The translations under genes were made by a program, and so were the position numbers. A DNA stretch of 25,000 nucleotides from Balanoglossus misakiensis (Eukaryota; Animalia; Hemichordata): assembly GCA_040954595.2 (NCBI GenBank), contig JBECUI020000070.1:1-25000 (forward strand), written 5' to 3'. Positions 1 to 10,591 of this stretch are shown here, one piece after another. The notes under the pieces were generated by a model. The model worked only from the letters and a program-made list of their open reading frames with translations. It had not been told where the DNA came from and did not search any database. How positions within the stretch are numbered: the first letter of the stretch is position 1; every line of letters begins with the position of its first letter.

Positions 1-1291
1 GTAGCTGATAACTTATTCCAACACTATCAGACCTCAAGCTTCGCAACAATATCTTGGAATATATAAAATCAAATATGTCTTTTTGACTTATAATCAGTGA
101 AAAATCATCTGGGTTTCTGTTTTTTCTGCTTGACTTGTCAAATAAAATTGATCTCGTGTGCGAGTACGTGCAAAGGGCCAAGTTTGATTTCTGTGTAGTT
201 GTGTAGGTTAGATACCAACAGAGACAAGGTACTGTCACTAGTGTTTTTAAGGTTACAGTGTCTATGTCAAATTTATCCTCCATTGATCCAGTCTTGTTTT
301 GCCCAATAGTCATTTTTGAATTTCAGACATGTATATTTTAATCATGTTGGTGTAACAGCCACAACCCCTTGCTGGGTTTACAGGTCTGACAAACTGAAAT
401 ATTTGCCATTTTTGATAACCAACTGTTACTTGTGAATGTGCAAAACTAACATTTTTTGGCCAAGACGAGTCTTCTTGTTTTCCATACCTTTGCTTATTAA
501 GCCAGTTTCATGGTAATTTCTTGTTAAAATTATGTCAACAAGATGTTTCCATGTCTTGTCTAACAGCAGAGCGAGAGTATGTCAAAAGAAAGAATCATAA
601 TTATTGTGCATAGAAATTGCAGCAGCTGCTATTAATATATAAATGATATGCTATGTTGTGAAGTGATCTGATGTAAGTTAATCTAACACTATATATTTGA
701 AGGAATGGGTGACTGTGACGGAAACACAACACAGAGCACAGCCATTTGTAGAATAGGTCTGCTTTTGTTCACAGAGCTGCTATTAATATATAAATGATAT
801 GCTATGTTGTGAAGTGATCTGATGTAAGTTAATCTAACACTATATATTTGAAGGAATGGGTGACTGTGACGGAAACACAACACAGAGCACAGCCATTTGT
901 AGAATAGCTCTGCTTTTGTTCACAGAGAATTACCAGCCACAGAATGAATATTGTTGTAAAGTCCCCCTTTCACTGTGATATGACCAGGATGTTAATTTCA
1001 TTGCTAAAATCTTACATGATCAATACAGGATGTGTATATTACGACTAGACTCAAACATGCTGACTACTGTATAGATACTTTTACAAACATTGCACATCCT
1101 GCATATGCTAATTTGTTAACTTCCTAAACAATATCAGGAAAAACAGCAACTGTCTTATTCAAACATTTTTTTGTACTTCCAAACTGTTATGATTTTTGTA
1201 GGGATGATAAATGTACTGCAATAAAAGAATTGTGTATATTGAACTCTTTTGGGCTAAAATTGTTTTCATTGAAAAAAACGGTGTATTTTTT
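1..1291. other. Unique AT-rich non-coding flank (intergenic, intronic or 3'UTR-like)
   Basis: No credible ORF (only one 64-aa ORF, inside a tandem duplication). I count 10 CpG in about 1290 bp, and there is no satellite monomer. Function cannot be assigned from sequence alone. Confidence 0.7.
624..927. repeat. 151-bp direct tandem duplication (2 copies: 624-774 and 775-925)
   Basis: AGCTGCTATTAATATATAAATG...GCTTTTGTTCACAG occurs twice with period 151. I see a single mismatch (G757 vs C908) and a 2-bp AG overlap at the junction (identity extends to 927). Confidence 0.97.
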
Positions 1292-1535
1292 CAGCTATAA
1301 CCCATGATTTTTTTCAAAAATCGACGAAATTTCGAGATTTCGCAAAGTCGAAAAATTGTCATTTTTTTATCCTTTTCATGAGCTATAACCCATGGTTTTT
1401 ATCAAAAAACCACCAAATTTTGAAATTTCGCGAAGTCGAAGAATTGACATTTCTGGATGATTTTCATGAGCAAAAAACCACCAAATTTTGAAATTTCGCG
1501 AAGTCGAAAAATTGACATTTCTGGATGATTTTCAT
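1292..1535. repeat. Degenerate array-edge monomers (diverged monomer 1292-1379, variant A 1380-1467, 68-bp deleted monomer 1468-1535)
   Basis: The first monomer has many private changes (CATGATTT, TCGACGAAATTTCGAGATT, TTTATCCTTTT). The third monomer reads GAGC|AAAAAACC, lacking the 20 bp TATAACCCATGGTTTTTATC present in the second. Confidence 0.92.
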
Positions 1536-4500
1536 GAGCTATAACCCATGGTTTTTGTCGAAAAACCACCAAATTTTGAAATTTCGCGAAGTCGAAAAAT
1601 TGACATTTCTGGATGATTTTCATGAGCTATAACCCATGGTTTTTGTCGAAAAACCACCAAATTTTGAAATTTCGCGAAGTCGAAAAATTGACATTTCTGG
1701 ATGATTTTCATGAGCTATAACCCATGGTTTTTGTCGAAAAACCACCAAATTTTGAAATTTCGCGAAGTCGAAAAATTGACATTTCTGGATGATTTTCATG
1801 AGCTATAACCCATGGTTTTTTCAAAAATCGGCCAAATTTTGAAATTCCGCAAAGTCGAAAAATTCTCATTTTTTGATGATTTTCCTGAGCTATAACCCAT
1901 GGTTTTTTCAAAAATCGGCCAAATTTTGAAATTTCGCGAAGTCGAAAAATTGACATTTCTGGATGATTTTCATGAGCTATAACCCATGGTTTTTGTCGAA
2001 AAACCACCAAATTTTGAAATTTCGCGAAGTCGAAAAATTGACATTTCTGGATGATTTTCATGAGCTATAACCCATGGTTTTTGTCGAAAAACCACCAAAT
2101 TTTGAAATTTCGCGAAGTCGAAAAATTGACATTTCTGGATGATTTTCATGAGCTATAACCCATGGTTTTTGTCGAAAAACCACCAAATTTTGAAATTTCG
2201 CGAAGTCGAAAAATTGACATTTCTGGATGATTTTCATGAGCTATAACCCATGGTTTTTGTCAAAAAACCACCAAATTTTGAAATTTCGCGAAGTCGAAAA
2301 ATTGACATTTCTGGATGATTTTCATGAGCTATAACCCATGGTTTTTGTCGAAAAACCACCAAATTTTTGAAATTTCGCGAAGTCGAAAAATTGACATTTC
2401 TGGATGATTTTCATGAGCTATAACCCATGGTTTTTGTCGAAAAACCACCAAATTTTGAAATTTCGCGAAGTCGAAAAATTGACATTTCTGGATGATTTTC
2501 ATGAGCTATAACCCATGGTTTTTGTCAAAAAACCACCAAATTTTGAAATTTCGCGAAGTCGAAAAATTGACATTTCTGGATGATTTTCATGAGCTATAAC
2601 CCATGGTTTTTGTCGAAAAACCACCAAATTTTGAAATTTCGCGAAGTCGAAAAATTGACATTTCTGGATGATTTTCATGAGCTATAACCCATGGTTTTTG
2701 TTGAAAAACCACCAAATTTTGAAATTTCGCGAAGTCGAAAAATTGACATTTCTGGATGATTTTCATGAGCTATAACCCATGGTTTTTGTCGAAAAACCAC
2801 CAAATTTTGAAATTTCGCGAAGTCGAAAAATTGACATTTCTGGATGATTTTCATGAGCTATAACCCATGGTTTTTGTCGAAAAACCACCAAATTTTGAAA
2901 TTTCGCGAAGTCGAAAAATTGACATTTCTGGATGATTTTCATGAGCTATAACCCATGGTTTTTGTCGAAAAACCACCAAATTTTGAAATTTCGCGAAGTC
3001 GAAAAATTGACATTTCTGGATGATTTTCATGAGCTATAACCCATGGTTTTTGTCGAAAAACCACCAAATTTTGAAATTTCGCGAAGTCGAAAAATTGACA
3101 TTTCTGGATGATTTTCATGAGCTATAACCCATGGTTTTTGTCGAAAAACCACCAAATTTTGAAATTTCGCGAAGTCGAAAAATTGACATTTCTGGATGAT
3201 TTTCATGAGCTATAACCCATGGTTTTTGTCGAAAAACCACCAAATTTTGAAATTTCGCGAAGTCGAAAAATTGACATTTCTGGATGATTTTCATGAGCTA
3301 TAACCCATGGTTTTTGTCGAAAAACCACCAAATTTTGAAATTTCGCGAAGTCGAAAAATTGACATTTCTGGATGATTTTCATGAGCTATAACCCATGGTT
3401 TTTGTCGAAAAAACCACCAAATTTTGAAATTTCGCGAAGTCGAAAAATTGACATTTCTGGATGATTTTCATGAGCTATAACCCATGGTTTTTGTCGAAAA
3501 ACCACCAAATTTTGAAATTTCGCGAAGTCGAAAAATTGACATTTCTGGATGATTTTCATGAGCTATAACCCATGGTTTTTGTCGAAAAACCACCAAATTT
3601 TGAAATTTCGCGAAGTTGAAAAATTGACATTTCTGGATGATTTTCATGAGCTATAACCCATGGTTTTTGTCGAAAAACCACCAAATTTTGAAATTTCGCG
3701 AAGTCGAAAAATTGACATTTCTGGATGATTTTCATGAGCTATAACCCATGGTTTTTGTCGAAAAACCACCAAATTTTGAAATTTCGCGAAGTCGAAAAAT
3801 TGACATTTCTGGATGATTTTCATGAGCTATAACCCATGGTTTTTGTCGAAAAACCACCAAATTTTGAAATTTCGCGAAGTCGAAAAATTGACATTTCTGG
3901 ATGATTTTCATGAGCTATAACCCATGGTTTTTGTCGAAAAACCACCAAATTTTGAAATTTCGCGAAGTCGAAAAATTGACATTTCTGGATGATTTTCATG
4001 AGCTATAACCCATGGTTTTTGTCGAAAAACCACCAAATTTTGAAATTTCGCCAAGTCGAAAAATTGACATTTCTGGATGATTTTCATGAGCTATAACCCA
4101 TGGTTTTTGTCGAAAAACCACCAAATTTTGAAATTTCGCCAAGTCGAAAAATTGACATTTCTGGATGATTTTCATGAGCTATAACCCATGGTTTTTGTCG
4201 AAAAACCACCAAATTTTGAAATTTCGCGAAGTCGAAAAATTGACATTTCTGGATGATTTTCATGAGCTATAACCCATGGTTTTTGTCGAAAAACCACCAA
4301 ATTTTGAAATTTCGCGAAGTCGAAAAATTGACATTTCTGGATGATTTTCATGAGCTATAACCCATGGTTTTTGTCGAAAAACCACCAAATTTTGAAATTT
4401 CGCGAAGTCGAAAAATTGACATTTCTGGATGATTTTCATGAGCTATAACCCATGGTTTTTGTCGAAAAACCACCAAATTTTGAAATTTCGCGAAGTTGAA

Positions 4501-7500
4501 AAATTGACATTTCTGGATGATTTTCATGAGCTATAACCCATGGTTTTTGTCGAAAAACCACCAAATTTTGAAATTTCGCGAAGTCGAAAAATTGACATTT
4601 CTGGATGATTTTCATGAGCTATAACCCATGGTTTTTGTCGAAAAACCACCAAATTTTGAAATTTCGCGAAGTCGAAAAATTGACATTCTGGATGATTTTC
4701 ATAAGCTATAACCCATGGTTTTTGTCGAAAAACCACCAAATTTTGAAATTTCGCGAAGTCGAAAAATTGACATTTCTGGATGATTTTCATGAGCTATAAC
4801 CCATGGTTTTTGTCGAAAAACCACCAAATTTTGAAATTTCGCGAAGTCGAAAAATTGACATTCTGGATGATTTTCATGAGCTATAACCCATGGTTTTTAT
4901 CCAAAAACCACAAAATTTTGAAATTTCGCGAAGTCGAAAAATTGACATTTCTGGATGATTTTCATGAGCTATAACCCATGGTTTTTGTCGAAAAACCACC
5001 AAATTTTGAAATTTCGCGAAGTCGAAAAATTGACATTTCTGGATGATTTTCATGAGCTATAACCCATGGTTTTTGTCGAAAAACCACCAAATTTTGAAAT
5101 TTCGCGAAGTCGAAAAATTGACATTTCTGGATGATTTTCATGAGCTATAACCCATGGTTTTTGTCGAAAAACCACCAAATTTTGAAATTTCGCGAAGTCG
5201 AAAAATTGACATTTCTGGATGATTTTCATGAGCTATAACCCATGGTTTTTGTCGAAAAACCACCAAATTTTGAAATTTCGCGAAGTCGAAAAATTGACAT
5301 TTCTGGATGATTTTCATGAGCTATTACCCATGGTTTTTGTCGAAAAACCACCAAATTTTGAAATTTCGCGAAGTCGAAAAATTGACATTTCTGGATGATT
5401 TTCATGAGCTATAACCCATGGTTTTTGTCGAAAAACCACCAAATTTTGAAATTTCGCGAAGTCGAAAAATTGACATTTCTGGATGATTTTCATGAGCTAT
5501 AACCCATGGTTTTTGTCGAAAAACCACCAAATTTTGAAATTTCGCGAAGTCGAAAAATTGACATTTCTGGATGATGTTCATGAGCTATAACCCATGGTTT
5601 TTGTCGAAAAACCACCAAATTTTGAAATTTCGCGAAGTCGAAAAATTGACATTTCTGGATGATTTTCATGAGCTATAACCCATGGTTTTTGTCGAAAAAC
5701 CACCAAATTTTGAAATTTCGCGAAGTCGAAAAATTGACATTTCTGGATGATTTTCATGAGCTATAACCCATGGTTTTTTCAAAAATCGGCCAAATTTTGA
5801 AATTCCGCAAAGTCGAAAAATTCTCATTTTTTGATGATTTTCCTGAGCTATAACCCATGGTTTTTTCAAAAATCGGCCAAATTTTGAAATTTCGCGAAGT
5901 CGAAAAATTGACATTTCTGGATGATTTTCATGAGCTATAACCCATGGTTTTTGTCGAAAAACCACCAAATTTTGAAATTTCGCGAAGTCGAAAAATTGAC
6001 ATTTCTGGATGATTTTCATGAGCTATAACCCATGGTTTTTGTCGAAAAACCACCAAATTTTGAAATTTCGCGAAGTCGAAAAATTGACATTTCTGGATGA
6101 TTTTCATGAGCTATAACCCATGGTTTTTGTCGAAAAACCACCAAATTTTGAAATTTCGCGAAGTCGAAAAATTGACATTTCTGGATGATTTTCATGAGCT
6201 ATAACCCATGGTTTTTGTCGAAAAAACCACCAAATTTTGAAATTTCGCGAAGTCGAAAAATTGACATTTCTGGATGATTTTCATGAGCTATAACCCATGG
6301 TTTTTGTCGAAAAACCACCAAATTTTGAAATTTCGCGAAGTCGAAAAATTGACATTTCTGGATGATTTTCATGAGCTATAACCCATGGTTTTTGTCGAAA
6401 AACCACCAAATTTTGAAATTTCGCGAAGTCGAAAAATTGACATTTCTGGATGATTTTCATGAGCTACAACCCATGGTTTTTGTCGAAAAACCACCAAATT
6501 TTGAAATTTCGCGAAGTCGAAAAATTGACATTTCTGGATGATTTTCATGAGCTATAACCCATGGTTTTTGTCGAAAAACCACCAAATTTTGAAATTTCGC
6601 GAAGTCGAAAAATTGACATTTCTGGATGATTTTCATGAGCTATAACCCATGGTTTTTGTCGAAAAACCACCAAATTTTGAAATTTCGCGAAGTCGAAAAA
6701 TTGACATTTCTGGATGATTTTCATGAGCTATAACCCATGGTTTTTGTCGAAAAACCACCAAATTTTGAAATTTCGCGAAGTCGAAAAATTGACATTTCTG
6801 GATGATTTTCATGAGCTATAACCCATGGTTTTTGTCGAAAAACCACCAAATTTTGAAATTTCGCGAAGTCGAAAAATTGACATTTCTGGATGATTTTCAT
6901 GAGCTATAACCCATGGTTTTTGTCGAAAAACCACCAAATTTTGAAATTTCGCGAAGTCGAAAAATTGACATTTCTGGATGATTTTCATGAGCTATAACCC
7001 ATGGTTTTTGTCGAAAAACCACCAAATTTTGAAATTTCGCGAAGTCGAAAAATTGACATTTCTGGATGATTTTAATGAGCTATAACCCATGGTTTTTGTC
7101 GAAAAACCACCAAATTTTGAAATTTCGCGAAGTCGAAAAATTGACATTCTGGATGATTTTCATGAGCTATAACCCATGGTTTTTATCCAAAAACCACAAA
7201 ATTTTGAAATTTCGCGAAGTCGAAAAATTGACATTTCTGGATGATTTTCATGAGCTATAACCCATGGTTTTTGTCGAAAAACCACCAAATTTTGAAATTT
7301 CGCGAAGTCGAAAAATTGACATTTCTGGATGATTTTCATGAGCTATAACCCATGGTTTTTGTCGAAAAACCACCAAATTTTGAAATTTCGCGAAGTCGAA
7401 AAATTGACATTTCTGGATGATTTTCATGAGCTATAACCCATGGTTTTTGTCGAAAAACCACCAAATTTTGAAATTTCGCGAAGTCGAAAAATTGACATTT

Positions 7501-10500
7501 CTGGATGATTTTCATGAGCTATAACCCATGGTTTTTGTCGAAAAACCACCAAATTTTGAAATTTCGCGAAGTCGAAAAATTGACATTCTGGATGATTTTC
7601 ATGAGCTATAACCCATGGTTTTTGTCGAAAAACCACCAAATTTTGAAATTTCGCGAAGTCGAAAAATTGACATTTCTGGATGATTTTCATGAGCTATAAC
7701 CCATGGTTTTTATCCATAAACCACCAAATTTTGAAATTTCGCGAAGTCGAAAAATTGACATTTCTGGATGATTTTCATGAGCTATAACCCATGGTTTTTG
7801 TCGAAAAACCACCAAATTTTGAAATTTCGCGAAGTCGAAAAATTGACATTTCTGGATGATTTTCATGAGCTATAACCCATGGTTTTTGTCGAAAAACCAC
7901 CAAATTTTGAAATTTCGCGAAGTCGAAAAATTGACATTTCTGGATGATTTTCATGAGCTATAACCCATGGTTTTTGTCGAAAAACCACCAAATTTTGAAA
8001 TTTCGCGAAGTCGAAAAATTGACATTTCTGGATGATTTTCATGAGCTATAACCCATGGTTTTTGTCGAAAAACCACCAAATTTTGAAATTTCGCGAAGTC
8101 GAAAAATTGACATTTCTGGATGATTTTCATGAGCTATAACCCATGGTTTTTGTCGAAAAACCACCAAATTTTGAAATTTCGCGAAGTCGAAAAATTGACA
8201 TTTCTGGATGATTTTCATGAGCTATAACCCATGGTTTTTGTCGAAAAACCACCAAATTTTGAAATTTCGCGAAGTCGAAAAATTGACATTTCTGGATGAT
8301 TTTCATGAGCTATAACCCATGGTTTTTGTCGAAAAACCACCAAATTTTGAAATTTCGCGAAGTCGAAAAATTGACATTTCTGGATGATTTTCATGAGCTA
8401 TAACCCATGGTTTTTGTCGAAAAACCACCAAATTTTGAAATTTCGCGAAGTCGAAAAATTGACATTTCTGGATGATTTTCATGAGCTATAACCCATGGTT
8501 TTTGTCGAAAAACCACCAAATTTTGAAATTTCGCGAAGTCGAAAAATTGACATTTCTGGATGATTTTCATGAGCTATAACCCATGGTTTTTGTCGAAAAA
8601 CCACCAAATTTTGAAATTTCGCGAAGTCGAAAAATTGACATTTCTGGATGATTTTCATGAGCTATAACCCATGGTTTTTGTCGAAAAACCACCAAATTTT
8701 GAAATTTCGCGAAGTCGAAAAATTGACATTCTGGATGATTTTCATGAGCTATAACCCATGGTTTTTATCCAAAAACCACAAAATTTTGAAATTTCGCGAA
8801 GTCGAAAAATTGACATTTCTGGATGATTTTCATGAGCTATAACCCATGGTTTTTGTCGAAAAACCACCAAATTTTGAAATTTCGCGAAGTCGAAAAATTG
8901 ACATTTCTGGATGATTTTCATGAGCTATAACCCATGGTTTTTGTCGAAAAACCACCAAATTTTGAAATTTCGCGAAGTCGAAAAATTGACATTTCTGGAT
9001 GATTTTCATGAGCTATAACCCATGGTTTTTGTCGAAAAACCACCAAATTTTGAAATTTCGCGAAGTCGAAAAATTGACATTCTGGATGATTTTCATGAGC
9101 TATAACCCATGGTTTTTGTCGAAAAACCACCAAATTTTGAAATTTCGCGAAGTCGAAAAATTGACATTTCTGGATGATTTTCATGAGCTATAACCCATGG
9201 TTTTTGTCGAAAAACCACCAAATTTTGAAATTTCGCGAAGTCGAAAAATTGACATTTCTGGATGATTTTCATGAGCTATAACCCATGGTTTTTGTCGAAA
9301 AACCACCAAATTTTGAAATTTCGCGAAGTCGAAAAATTGACATTTCTGGATGATTTTCATGAGCTATAACCCATGGTTTTTGTCGAAAAACCACCAAATT
9401 TTGAAATTTCGCGAAGTCGAAAAATTGACATTCTGGATGATTTTCATGAGCTATAACCCATGGTTTTTGTCGAAAAACCACCAAATTTTGAAATTTCGCG
9501 AAGTCGAAAAATTGACATTTCTGGATGATTTTCATGAGCTATAACCCATGGTTTTTATCCAAAAACCACCAAATTTTGAAATTTCGCGAAGTCGAAAAAT
9601 TGACATTTCTGGATGATTTTCATGAGCTATAACCCATGGTTTTTGTCGAAAAACCACCAAATTTTGAAATTTCGCGAAGTCGAAAAATTGACATTTCTGG
9701 ATGATTTTCATGAGCTATAACCCATGGTTTTAGTCGAAAAACCACCAAATTTTGAAATTTCGCGAAGTCGAAAAATTGACATTTCTGGATGATTTTCATG
9801 AGCTATAACCCATGGTTTTTGTCGAAAAACCACCAAATTTTGAAATTTCGCGAAGTCGAAAAATTGACATTTCTGGATGATTTTCATGAGCTATAACCCA
9901 TGGTTTTTGTCGAAAAACCACCAAATTTTGAAATTTCGCGAAGTCGAAAAATTGACATTTCTGGATGATTTTCATGAGCTATAACCCATGGTTTTTGTCG
10001 AAAAACCACCAAATTTTGAAATTTCGCGAAGTCGAAAAATTGACATTTCTGGATGATTTTCATGAGCTATAACCCATGGTTTTTGTCGAAAAACCACCAA
10101 ATTTTGAAATTTCGCGAAGTCGTAAAATTGACATTTCTGGATGATTTTCATGAACTATAACCCATGGTTTTTGTCGAAAAACCACCAAAATTTGAAATTT
10201 CGCGAAGTCGAAAAATTGACATTTCTGGATGATTTTCATGAGCTATAACCCATGGTTTTTGTCGAAAAACCACCAAAATTTGAAATTTCGCGAAGTCGAA
10301 AAATTGACATTTCTGGATGATTTTCATGAGCTATAACCCATGGTTTTTGTCGAAAAACCACCAAATTTTGAAATTTCGCGAAGTCGAAAAATTGACATTT
10401 CTGGATGATTTTCATGAGCTATAACCCATGGTTTTTGTCGAAAAACCACCAAATTTTGAAATTTCGCGAAGTCGAAAAATTGACATTTCTGGATGATTTT

Positions 10501-10591
10501 CATGAGCTATAACCCATGGTTTTTGTCAAAAAACCACCAAATTTTGAAATTTCGCGAAGTCGAAAAATTGACATTTCTGGATGATTTTCAT
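1380..10591. repeat. Type A domain: 88-bp monomer GAGCTATAACCCATGGTTTTTGTCGAAAAACCACCAAATTTTGAAATTTCGCGAAGTCGAAAAATTGACATTTCTGGATGATTTTCAT
   Basis: About 105 monomers, most identical to the consensus, interrupted only by two short B-type inserts (1800-1973, 5758-5931) and scattered point variants or 1-bp indels. Confidence 0.97.

Noticed and set aside
5-30. CTGATA...TATCAG inverted repeat
   Set aside because: A 6-bp stem is expected by chance, and there is no supporting context such as terminal repeats or a target-site duplication.
689-883. 64-aa minus-strand ORF
   Set aside because: Short, lies wholly within the 151-bp duplication and crosses its junction out of frame (151 is not a multiple of 3), and resembles no protein I recognise.
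1245-1291. Further eroded monomer upstream of the array (GGGCTAAAATTGTTTTCATTGAAAAAAACGG)
   Set aside because: Only a faint resemblance to GAGCTATAAC...GAAAAACC, not distinguishable by eye from chance in AT-rich DNA.
1582-1599. CENP-B box in TTTCGCGAAGTCGAAAAA
   Set aside because: TTCG is present, but the required spacing and CGGG of the nTTCGnnnnAnnCGGGn core are absent on both strands.
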